Source: Geopsychrobacteraceae bacterium
GTDB taxonomy: Bacteria; Desulfobacterota; Desulfuromonadia; Desulfuromonadales; Geopsychrobacteraceae
Direction: 5' to 3'
NCBI GenBank assembly: GCA_963676795.2
Contig: CAXXTB010000002.1
Span: forward strand, 1,184,001 to 1,248,000
DNA length: 64,000 nucleotides
Shown: one piece after another, positions 26,839 to 35,602 of the stretch
Layout: each line of letters begins with the position of its first letter
How positions within the stretch are numbered: position 1 is the stretch's first letter
The notes under the pieces: generated by a model
Seen by the model: only the letters and a program-made list of their open reading frames with translations
What the model was told of the DNA's origin: nothing
Database searches by the model: none
Translations under genes and position numbers: made by a program

Positions 26839-29487
26839 ATGGATCTGATTGCGACACACGCCAACGCTGATTTCGATTGCCTGGGCTCGATGATCGCGGC
26901 CAAGAGGCTTTACCCGGACGCCGTTCTGGTGTTTCCGGGGGGGCAGGAGCGGGGGCTGCGTGACTTCCTGCTGCAAAGTTCGCTCTACGCGTACAATGTC
27001 AAGCGGGTCCGGGATGTCGATTTTGCCCTGGTCAGGCGCCTGATTCTGGTCGATGTCAGTCACGCCTCACGAATCGGTCAGCTTGCTGAGCTACTGGAGC
27101 GTGAGGATCTCGAACTTCATATCTACGATCATCATCCTGAAGCGGGAGGGACGCTGAGGGGGGATCAGGTGGTTATCGAAGAGGTCGGGGCGACCACGAC
27201 GATTCTGACCCACATCTTCATGCAGCGCGGACTGGTTCCGACGCCGGAAGAGGCGACGATGATGATGCTCGGCATCTATGAGGATACCGGTCATCTGCTC
27301 TACTCGTCGACAACCGTCAAGGATTATCAGGCTGCCGCTTTTCTCCTCGAGCATGGGGCCAATCTGAATACGGTCAGCGATTTCCTGATCCGCGAACTGA
27401 CCCCGGAGCAGGTCGAGTTGCTGAACCTGCTGCTCAAATCCTGTCAGAAGCTGATCGTTAACGGTGTCGAGGTTGCTATCGCCTCGGCGTCGATCAGCTT
27501 CTATGTCGGTGATATCTCGACCCTGGTTCACAAGCTCAAGGATATCGAAAATCTCGACGTTCTGATTGCTGCAGTGCGCATGGAGGACCGGATTTTCCTG
27601 GTTGGCCGTTCGCGCCTGCCGGAACTGGATGTCGGTGAACTGTTCCGCGAGTTCGGCGGCGGTGGGCATGCCTTTGCGGCGTCGGGAACGGTCCGGGACC
27701 TGCCTCTTGTCCAGCTGCTCGAACAGCTGGAGGCGGCTCTGTATCGACATGTTCAGCCGAAAAATACCGCGCGTACCCTGATGTCCAGCCCGGCCAAGAG
27801 CCTGCCGGTCGATGCCGATATTGAGTCGGCCCGTGAATTGATGACGCGGTTCAATTTCAACGCCATCCCGGTTCTCGATCATGCGGGTCATGTCGCGGGC
27901 ATCCTGACCCGTCAGGTTGCAGAAAAAGCCGCTCATCACCGGCTGTCAAAGATGACGGTCGGCGATCTGATGAATTCCGATTTTGAGATCGCGCCGCCTG
28001 AAGCCCAGGTGCATGAATTACAGCAGGGAATCATCGCTCACAACCAGCGCTGTGTCCCGATCGTTGAAGCGGGGCGGCTGGTCGGGGTGGTGACCCGCAC
28101 CGACCTGTTACGTCATCTGCTTGGTCAGCGCCAGTTGAACGATGAGGTCGGTGGACAAGCCGGTCTTTCCGGGTTTCAGCTCAAGCGCAAGGGGCTGGCC
28201 CGACTGCTGGATACTCAATTGCCACAGAAGGTCAAAGAGCGCCTCCAGCAGTTCAGCCTGGTTGCTGAAGAGACGGGGCTGCGCATCTACCTGGTTGGCG
28301 GCTGTGTGCGCGACCTGTTGCTGCGCAAGGAGAACCTCGATATCGATATCGTCGTTGTCGGTGACGGAATCGCTTTCGCGCGGGCCTTTGCCGGCAAGTA
28401 TGCCTGTCGGGTACGCGAACATGACAAGTTTGCGACGGCGGTTATCGTCATGGAAGATGGTTTCAAGATCGATATCGCATCGGCCCGCCTGGAATATTAT
28501 GACCGGCCGGCCGCTCTGCCACGGGTTGAGCACGCCTCGCTCAGGCACGATCTCTACCGGCGCGATTTTACGATCAATACTTTGACAATTTCCCTGAATC
28601 GGGATAACTATGGGCAGTTGCTCGATTTCTTCGGTGGCCAGCGGGACCTCAAGGAGAGGTCAATACGGATTTTGCACAACCTGAGCTTTGTCGAGGATCC
28701 GACCCGGCTGTTCCGTGCGGTCCGTTTCGAGCAGAGGCTCGGTTTTCGTATCGGCCGTCAGACTGAACGACTGATGCACAGTGCCGTACGCCTGAATCTG
28801 GTCAAGAAGGTCGGGGGCGCCAGGATCCTTCAGGAGTTACGTCTGATTCTCAACGAAGACGAGGTCGTTGCCGCTCTGCAGCGACTGCAGGACCTTGATC
28901 TTCTGAAATTTATCGATTCCAAACTGTTTTTTTCTGACGACAGCGGGAAGCTGCTGCGCAGGGCCGAACAGGCCTGTAGCTGGTTTGATCTGCTGTTTAC
29001 CGGTGAATCTTATCAGCGCTGGCTGGTCTATCTTCTGTGTCTTTTCGATGCGCTCACTGACAAAGCCGTACAGCGGGTTGTTGAGTGGTTGATGATCCCG
29101 GCCAGGAACGCTCCACTGCTGCTTCAGCAGCGCCAGCGCTGCCGGGATCTGCAGAAATGTTTCAGGGCCTGGCCGAAAAGAAGTGCCGTGCTCAACAGCG
29201 AAATCTACCGCTGTCTGGAAGATCTTGACCTGGAAGCTCTTCTCTATCTTGTCGCGCGCACCGATGATAAGGAGTGGCGTCAGAGAATTTCTCTCTACGT
29301 TACGGAGTTGCGCAGGATCACCCCGCTGCTTTCGGGGCAGGATCTTATCGAGCTTGGCTATAGGCCCGGCAGGCGTTTCCAGGAGTTGCTCGGTGCCCTG
29401 CAGGACGCGCGCCTGAATGGTTTGGTTCATACGCGCGAAGATGAAGTCGCTTTACTTGAACGGCTTTATCCGGCTGACGATTTTTAA
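26839..29487 (+). CDS. tRNA nucleotidyltransferase with N-terminal DHH/DHHA1 and CBS domains (probable A-adding enzyme)
   Basis: HANADFD, YDHH, GGGGH, a CBS pair, then VGGCVRDLLL..DIDIVV, RRDFTIN and EDPTRLFRAVRF. Confidence 0.92.
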   Translation: MDLIATHANADFDCLGSMIAAKRLYPDAVLVFPGGQERGLRDFLLQSSLYAYNVKRVRDVDFALVRRLILVDVSHASRIGQLAELLEREDLELHIYDHHPEAGGTLRGDQVVIEEVGATTTILTHIFMQRGLVPTPEEATMMMLGIYEDTGHLLYSSTTVKDYQAAAFLLEHGANLNTVSDFLIRELTPEQVELLNLLLKSCQKLIVNGVEVAIASASISFYVGDISTLVHKLKDIENLDVLIAAVRMEDRIFLVGRSRLPELDVGELFREFGGGGHAFAASGTVRDLPLVQLLEQLEAALYRHVQPKNTARTLMSSPAKSLPVDADIESARELMTRFNFNAIPVLDHAGHVAGILTRQVAEKAAHHRLSKMTVGDLMNSDFEIAPPEAQVHELQQGIIAHNQRCVPIVEAGRLVGVVTRTDLLRHLLGQRQLNDEVGGQAGLSGFQLKRKGLARLLDTQLPQKVKERLQQFSLVAEETGLRIYLVGGCVRDLLLRKENLDIDIVVVGDGIAFARAFAGKYACRVREHDKFATAVIVMEDGFKIDIASARLEYYDRPAALPRVEHASLRHDLYRRDFTINTLTISLNRDNYGQLLDFFGGQRDLKERSIRILHNLSFVEDPTRLFRAVRFEQRLGFRIGRQTERLMHSAVRLNLVKKVGGARILQELRLILNEDEVVAALQRLQDLDLLKFIDSKLFFSDDSGKLLRRAEQACSWFDLLFTGESYQRWLVYLLCLFDALTDKAVQRVVEWLMIPARNAPLLLQQRQRCRDLQKCFRAWPKRSAVLNSEIYRCLEDLDLEALLYLVARTDDKEWRQRISLYVTELRRITPLLSGQDLIELGYRPGRRFQELLGALQDARLNGLVHTREDEVALLERLYPADDF

Positions 29488-29555
29488 CCCTTTACTGATG
29501 CCGGACAGCCCGGGGCATTTATGCCTCATCAGATTGGATACTCTATTGGAATTTC

Positions 29556-30239
29556 ATGGAAACTCTGGTTTCTAAAATTGCCATAATGCTGGTTCCCGCG
29601 CTTTTTTCGATCATGATGCATGAGGTTGCTCATGGTTATGTCGCGGAACGTTTTGGTGACCCGACCGCTCGTTTGCTCGGACGCCTGAATCTGAACCCGT
29701 TCAAACATCTGGATCTGATCGGAGTGCTGGCCCTGTTTGCTTTTGGTTTTGGCTGGGCCAAGCCTGTTCCGGTCAACCCCGGCAACTTCCGACGTCCGCG
29801 CCGTGATATGGTCTGGGTTGCCATAGCGGGTCCAGTGACTAATTTTCTTCTGGCTTTTGCATCGGCCCTGTTACTGCACGGTCTGGCCTTTCTCAATCAG
29901 GTCGTTCTGGACCAGACTCTCTATCTGCAGGTTCTGCAGCCGGTCAGGATGATGCTGGCTTTCAGTCTGTATATCAATGTTCTGCTCGCGGTCTTCAATC
30001 TGATTCCTCTGCCTCCGCTCGATGGTGGGCGCGTACTGGTTGGGCTGCTGCCCAAACGGCAGGCCCTGCTGGTCAGTCGTCTTGAACCGTTCGGATTTGT
30101 CCTGATTATTGTTCTGGTTTTCTTTACCCGGCTCTGGCCGCTGGTGCTGGCTCCGATAATCAATGGCATTGTTCAGCTGCTTGCCGGTCATCAGGTGCTG
30201 CTGGTTCAGCAGGCGATGCATTTTTTGCTGGGGCACTGA
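29556..30239 (+). CDS. Site-2 protease (M50) family protein
   Basis: HEVAH, AGPVTN and FNLIPLPPLDGG. Confidence 0.93.
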   Translation: METLVSKIAIMLVPALFSIMMHEVAHGYVAERFGDPTARLLGRLNLNPFKHLDLIGVLALFAFGFGWAKPVPVNPGNFRRPRRDMVWVAIAGPVTNFLLAFASALLLHGLAFLNQVVLDQTLYLQVLQPVRMMLAFSLYINVLLAVFNLIPLPPLDGGRVLVGLLPKRQALLVSRLEPFGFVLIIVLVFFTRLWPLVLAPIINGIVQLLAGHQVLLVQQAMHFLLGH

Positions 30240-30244
30240 AACCG

Positions 30245-31012
30245 ATGGGGATCAATGTCGTCCTCGATAATTTTTCCGGCCCGCTCGATCTGTTGCTGCA
30301 GCTGATCAGGGACAATGCGATGGATATCTACGATATCCAGATTGTCGAGATAACCGATCAGTACCTGAGGGTGATAGAGCAGATGCAACGGCTCGATCTC
30401 GATCTGGCCAGTGAATTTCTGCTCATGGCGGCGACACTGATTCATATCAAGTCGCGGATGCTGTTGCCTGTCGCTGAGGAGGAGGGTGAGGAGGATGGTG
30501 ACGATCCCCGCACTGAGTTGGTCAGGCGGCTGCTCGAATATCAGCGTTACAAAGAGGTTGCGGCGGTTTTTGAGGAACTGCCCCAGTTGAACCGTGATCT
30601 GTTTTTTGCCAGTGCCAGGGCGGGGGAATGGCTTGAGCTTGAAACGGAAGAGGATGAAATCAGTGTCGGGATCTATCAGCTCGCCGAAGCCTTTCAGTAT
30701 CTGCTCAACAACATGCCGGTCGAGGTTTTTCATGAGGTTGTTCGCGAGTCGCTTTCCGTGGCCGAGTTTGTTTGCCGTATCGCGGACCGCCTGCTGCGCC
30801 AGGAGCGCGTGGCGTTCCGCGAGTTTTTTCAGGCGGGAACCAGCAGGGATGTGATGGTTGTGACCTTTCTGGCGATGCTCGAGCTGGTCAAGATGCGCAT
30901 GATCAATATCGAACAGACCGCTGAGTTCAGGGATATCTGGCTCTCTCCGGCCGTTACGCCGGAGGTTCTGGGGGCCGTTATGACAGACGAGGCAGCGCTT
31001 GGCTATGGATAA
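30245..31012 (+). CDS. scpA: Segregation and condensation protein A
   Basis: FSGPLDLLLQLI, EFLLMAATLIHIKSRMLLP and TFLAMLELVK. Confidence 0.95.
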   Translation: MGINVVLDNFSGPLDLLLQLIRDNAMDIYDIQIVEITDQYLRVIEQMQRLDLDLASEFLLMAATLIHIKSRMLLPVAEEEGEEDGDDPRTELVRRLLEYQRYKEVAAVFEELPQLNRDLFFASARAGEWLELETEEDEISVGIYQLAEAFQYLLNNMPVEVFHEVVRESLSVAEFVCRIADRLLRQERVAFREFFQAGTSRDVMVVTFLAMLELVKMRMINIEQTAEFRDIWLSPAVTPEVLGAVMTDEAALGYG

Positions 31013-31574
31013 GGATTTAAGGGCCCTGACGGAGGCTTACATCTTTGCTTCTGATGCTCCGCTGAGCATTGACCGTCTGCAGCTCCTGCTCGAGCAGCCA
31101 CGCAGTCTGGTCAGGGAGATCCTCGATGATCTGGTCGCGGAATACGCCGGGGAGGGGAAGGGGATCTATCTGGCCGAGGTTGCCGGTGGCTATCAGTTCC
31201 GGACCCGACTTGAATATGCTCAGCAGATGCGTAAACTTGCAAAAGAGAGAAGTTTTCGTTTTTCTCAGGCGGCCCTCGAAACCCTGGCAATTATCGCCTA
31301 TCGGCAACCGGTGACCCGCGGGGAGATCGAATATCTGCGGGGAGTTGATTCCGGTGGGGTTATGAAGACTCTGCTTGAGAAGAACCTGCTGAAAATTCTC
31401 GGCAAAAAAGATGTCCCAGGGCGTCCGCTTATGTATGGGACCAGCCGACATTTTCTTGAACTGTTCGGTCTGCGGGATTTGAGTGAACTGCCGACCCTGA
31501 AGGAATTGGCCGCACTCGATCCCCAGTTGGAAGAAGCCCTCCCGCTTGAAGCGGAGAGGCCGGAAGGACTATGA
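31005..31574 (+). CDS. scpB: SMC-Scp complex subunit ScpB
   Basis: ALETLAIIAYRQPVTR.EIE..RGV and GRPLMYGT..FL..FGL. Confidence 0.96.
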   Translation: MDKDLRALTEAYIFASDAPLSIDRLQLLLEQPRSLVREILDDLVAEYAGEGKGIYLAEVAGGYQFRTRLEYAQQMRKLAKERSFRFSQAALETLAIIAYRQPVTRGEIEYLRGVDSGGVMKTLLEKNLLKILGKKDVPGRPLMYGTSRHFLELFGLRDLSELPTLKELAALDPQLEEALPLEAERPEGL

Positions 31575-32293
31575 CGAAAGAACGAATACAGAAATTGATC
31601 GCCCAGGCCGGTCTGGCTTCGCGGCGTGAGGCCGAAACCTGGATTCAGGACGGACGAGTGAAGCTGAACGGTAAAGTCGCTACTCTCGGCGAACAGGCGA
31701 CTCCCGGGCAGGACCGGATCGAGGTCGACGGTCGGCCGCTGAGTTTTGGCGAAGAGGTTGTGACAATCCTGCTGAACAAGCCCCGTGGCTATATATCGAC
31801 GCTGAAAGATCCTCAGGGGCGGCCCCTGGTGACCGACCTGATCAAGGATCTGCCGCAGCGCCTCTATCCGGTCGGCAGGCTCGACTTCAATACTGAAGGG
31901 CTGCTGTTGCTGACCAATGATGGTCCTCTGGCGCACAAGCTGAGTCATCCCAGCTCTCATGTCGACAAAACCTATCTGGTGAAGGCGCGAGGTGAACTTT
32001 CTGCCGCAAGAAAGCATCAGCTGGAGCAGGGGGTTGCAGTTGACGGTCGGCCGACCGCTCCGGCAAAAGTTGAAAATGTCCGTTTTTCCGGGCAGTTCAG
32101 CTGGTTTGAGATCACCATTCACGAGGGGCGTAACCGGCAGGTCAGGAAGATGTGTGAAGCTGTCGATCTTGCGGTGGTCAGGCTCAAGCGGATTCGACTC
32201 GCTTTTCTCGATCTGGGGACGCTGGCGACAGGACATTATCGTCAGTTGACCAGAGGAGAAATTCAAAAATTGAAGAATATGAATAAGGGATAA
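31571..32293 (+). CDS. rluB: Pseudouridine synthase (RluB/RsuA family)
   Basis: S4 domain ERIQKLIA..SRR, GRLDFNTEGLLL and EGRNRQVRKM; follows scpAB. Confidence 0.9.
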   Translation: MTKERIQKLIAQAGLASRREAETWIQDGRVKLNGKVATLGEQATPGQDRIEVDGRPLSFGEEVVTILLNKPRGYISTLKDPQGRPLVTDLIKDLPQRLYPVGRLDFNTEGLLLLTNDGPLAHKLSHPSSHVDKTYLVKARGELSAARKHQLEQGVAVDGRPTAPAKVENVRFSGQFSWFEITIHEGRNRQVRKMCEAVDLAVVRLKRIRLAFLDLGTLATGHYRQLTRGEIQKLKNMNKG

Positions 32294-32457
32294 TTCATTA
32301 TTAACACAGGACTTCTTTTGTGTTACGCTTAAAGCAGTTTTCTTTGGAAAAACGGGGGCGTTTCTTCCCCTCCGGGCAAATTATCCTATGATTTCACTTC
32401 GTTTGTTTGAGAAGTGGGTTAATAAATAATAAATACGTCTTCCTGTGGGAGTTTTTT

Positions 32458-34509
32458 TTGGCAGCGAGCAAAGAAAAATTACTTGAATCTGCGCAGAAGA
32501 GTCTCAAGAAAAAGCAGATAGCCAAAGCAATCAAGGATTACGCCAAGGTTGTAGATATTGATCCGGCCGATGTGCGTTCACGCCAGAAGCTGGCTGAACT
32601 CTACGTGCGCAGCAACAAGGCAGCGGAGGCTTACGAGCAGTACGAATCTGTTGCCAAGTACTTTGCCAGCAACGGTTTTTACCTTAAGGCGATTGCCATC
32701 TACAAGCTGATGCAACGTCTGGACCCTGGTCAGGTGTCGCTCTTCAACCGGTTGGCAGAGTTGTATGAAAAGCAGGGCCTCCTTGGTAATGCCATGGCCG
32801 AGTACCGCAATCTGACCGAATACTATGCGCGTAACGGCATGATCGCCGACGAGATCCGGACGCTCGAAAAGATGAGCGGTCTGGATGGCAATAATCTCAA
32901 CATCAAAGTCAAACTGGCGGAAACCTACGCCAAAAACGAGCGAGCGGATGACGGTTACGATCTGCTTGAAGAGGTTCTCGAGGCACTGGGCAACAAGGCT
33001 GACTTCGACAAGATCCTGCGCCTCTACAAGATGTTTCTGCCTCTCTACCCGAACAATGAAAAACTGCAGATGGGGTTGGCGCTTGCCCTCTATGAAAAGG
33101 GGGAGTTTACCAAAGGGGTTACGATTCTCGAGAATCTGCAGAAAGAGAGGCCCAATGAGCCGGACCTGTTGCGTCTGATCGGGCGTGGCTATGCCGACGC
33201 AGAAAACCATGACAGGGCCCAGGATATCTTCCTTAGGCTGCTTGAACTTGACCCGACCGATCTGGATGTCCGTGAATCGCTGTTTAAAACGCAGATGGCG
33301 CGCGGTCACTTTCATGACCTGCTCGAAGGGCTCGAAGAGTGGAAAGACACCTTCGGCAAGGCCGGGCGTCTGGAATCGCTCAAATACTACTACGAAACAC
33401 TCAAAACGCGCATGCCGAAGGAGAAGAAGGTTCTTCAGACTCTCGATTCCATCTACTCTCTGACTGGTGAAGGGGACAAGGTCCTCGATATCCTTTCCGA
33501 ACGGGAAGAAGAGCCGGTTGTCGTTGTGGAAGAAACCATTTCGGATTCTCTGTTGGGCATCATCGATGACACGGCCCAGGACGTGGTAGAGGATGAGGTC
33601 CTTGACCTTGAGCTTGAGTCTCTGGAACTTGTGGATCATGCGCCGGGCGAAGAGGCAACCATTGAACTGAATCTCAATGATGACGTTGAATCTGAAGCGA
33701 GCCTTGAGCTCGATTTCGATTTTGATCTTTCCGATGGTGCCGACGAGAACCCTGCTGAAGAGCGTCACGACCTGCGGGCCGACCTTGAAGAGGCTGAGTT
33801 CTATCTGCAACAGGGCCTGTTTGACGACGCGCGTACGGCTTATGAGAAAATCCTTGCTTACGCTCCTGACTCCGCGGAGTGTCGTCAGAAGCTTGAAGAG
33901 CTTAATGCTCTTGCTGAAGAGGCAGGTGGAAAGTCAGCGCCAGAGGTTGAGTCCGCTGACCCATTCAGCCTGTCCGACGCTTTCAGCGACCTGGACTTCG
34001 ACAGCTCGTTCGACATCCCCGATAAGGATTCCAGGAGCAAAAAGGTGTTCAGGACCGACGTCGATGAGCAGATCGCTGCGGACGATATGGAGTCGCATTA
34101 CAATCTCGGGATCGCCTATCGGGAGATGGGACTCTATGAGGATGCCATTACCGAGTTTGACAAAGCTCTGAAAGACCCTTCCCGCTATGCTGACTGTATG
34201 ACCCTCAAGGGGCTCTGCTATTCGGATACGGAAGATTACGACAACGCAGAAATGATTTTTCAACAGGCCCTCGATTCGGCTCTGCTGGACGACATTCAGC
34301 GCCTTAACCTTGGCTATGAGCTGGGTCTGCTGTATGAGCGGGCCGGTCGACCAGGGGATGCCTTGACGAGTTATCGGACCGTTCTCAAGCAGGATGTCAA
34401 TTATCGCGATGTCGCTGACAAGGTATCATCCCTCGAGCGCCAACTCGGTGTCGAAGAGCAGTCCGTCATGCCGTCAGACGAGGGGGGCGGGAGGATCTCG
34501 TTTCTTTAG
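32458..34509 (+). CDS. Large tetratricopeptide repeat protein with an acidic linker
   Basis: N-terminal TPR array, D/E-rich middle region and C-terminal TPRs (SHYNLGIAYREMGL). TTG start follows GGGAG. Confidence 0.85.
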   Translation: MAASKEKLLESAQKSLKKKQIAKAIKDYAKVVDIDPADVRSRQKLAELYVRSNKAAEAYEQYESVAKYFASNGFYLKAIAIYKLMQRLDPGQVSLFNRLAELYEKQGLLGNAMAEYRNLTEYYARNGMIADEIRTLEKMSGLDGNNLNIKVKLAETYAKNERADDGYDLLEEVLEALGNKADFDKILRLYKMFLPLYPNNEKLQMGLALALYEKGEFTKGVTILENLQKERPNEPDLLRLIGRGYADAENHDRAQDIFLRLLELDPTDLDVRESLFKTQMARGHFHDLLEGLEEWKDTFGKAGRLESLKYYYETLKTRMPKEKKVLQTLDSIYSLTGEGDKVLDILSEREEEPVVVVEETISDSLLGIIDDTAQDVVEDEVLDLELESLELVDHAPGEEATIELNLNDDVESEASLELDFDFDLSDGADENPAEERHDLRADLEEAEFYLQQGLFDDARTAYEKILAYAPDSAECRQKLEELNALAEEAGGKSAPEVESADPFSLSDAFSDLDFDSSFDIPDKDSRSKKVFRTDVDEQIAADDMESHYNLGIAYREMGLYEDAITEFDKALKDPSRYADCMTLKGLCYSDTEDYDNAEMIFQQALDSALLDDIQRLNLGYELGLLYERAGRPGDALTSYRTVLKQDVNYRDVADKVSSLERQLGVEEQSVMPSDEGGGRISFL

Positions 34510-34553
34510 CCTGCATCAGGTTTGATAACCATGAATTGAAAAGGTGAATTGCC

Positions 34554-35513
34554 ATGGGGTATACCGATTACTTTGATTTCGAGCGCGAACCCTTCTCCAA
34601 TGCTCCCAATGACAAATTTTATTTTGATGGTGAGCAGCACAATCAGGCCCTGCATCGCCTGAAGTATTCGGTTGATTCAAATAAGGGGCTGGCTGTTCTG
34701 GTCGGCGGGGTCGGGACGGGTAAAACGACTCTGGCCCGGCGCATGCTCGATGATCTGCCTGTTGAAAAATATGAGTCCTCGCTGCTGGTCATGATCCATT
34801 CCGGCATTACCCCGGAATGGATTCTATCGCGCATCTGCATGCAGCTGGGTGTGCGCAACCCGGATATCAGTCCGCTGAAGATGCTCAAGCAGTTGTATGA
34901 GCGCCTGATTCAGATCGACAGGGAAGGGCGTAAGGCTGTGGTCCTGATCGACGAGGCCCAGATGCTGCATACTCGAGAGCTGATGGAGGAATTCCGCGGT
35001 CTGCTGAACCTTGAGATCCCTGACAAGAAATTGCTGAACATCGTGTTTTTCGGTCTACCTGAACTGGATGATGTCTTGAAGCTGGATGCCCCTCTGGCGC
35101 AGCGGGTCGCCTTCAAATATCGTCTGAAGCCACTCTCGGAAGATGAGACCTGCCGATATATCAACCACCGACTGCGGGTTATCAACTGTACCAGCTCACC
35201 GTTTCTGGATCAGGCTCTGCCTGCGGTTCACAAGTATGCAGGTGGTGTCCCGCGACTGATCAATACCATCTGTGACAACGCCCTGTTTGAGGCCTATATG
35301 CGCCGAGCGGATAAGATCGGCCCGGAGCTGGTCAGTGATGTCGCCGAAGATCTTGGCCTGTTATCGATTGAGCACCGGATCGACGCCGCTATGGAGCCGG
35401 CAGAAGAGGATGTCTCTTTTGATGAGATCTTCGAGGAGGTTGAGCCTGTCGCAGTCGATGGAGACGATGACGACGAGCTGGACATCATTTTCGACGCCCT
35501 TGATGATAAATAA
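34554..35513 (+). CDS. ExeA/GspA family AAA ATPase
   Basis: EPFSNAP, Walker A GGVGTGKTT, Walker B LIDEAQ and GGVPRLINTICDNAL. Confidence 0.92.
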   Translation: MGYTDYFDFEREPFSNAPNDKFYFDGEQHNQALHRLKYSVDSNKGLAVLVGGVGTGKTTLARRMLDDLPVEKYESSLLVMIHSGITPEWILSRICMQLGVRNPDISPLKMLKQLYERLIQIDREGRKAVVLIDEAQMLHTRELMEEFRGLLNLEIPDKKLLNIVFFGLPELDDVLKLDAPLAQRVAFKYRLKPLSEDETCRYINHRLRVINCTSSPFLDQALPAVHKYAGGVPRLINTICDNALFEAYMRRADKIGPELVSDVAEDLGLLSIEHRIDAAMEPAEEDVSFDEIFEEVEPVAVDGDDDDELDIIFDALDDK

Positions 35514-35544
35514 CAGTCGCGATCATTGACTGATGATTCTCAAG

Positions 35545-35578
35545 AGCGGTCGGTTTTGCCGGCCGCTTTCTTTTTTTT
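35545..35578 (+). terminator. Rho-independent terminator
   Basis: AGCGGTCGG/CCGGCCGCT stem followed by a long T-tract. Confidence 0.85.
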
Positions 35579-35602
35579 GTTCGAGTCGGCATAATAATCT
35601 GC

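Noticed and set aside
32370..32450. GGGCAAA in the TPR leader suggesting a c-di-GMP-I (GEMM) riboswitch
   Set aside because: The downstream GAAA-loop stem and GACGCAAA element are absent
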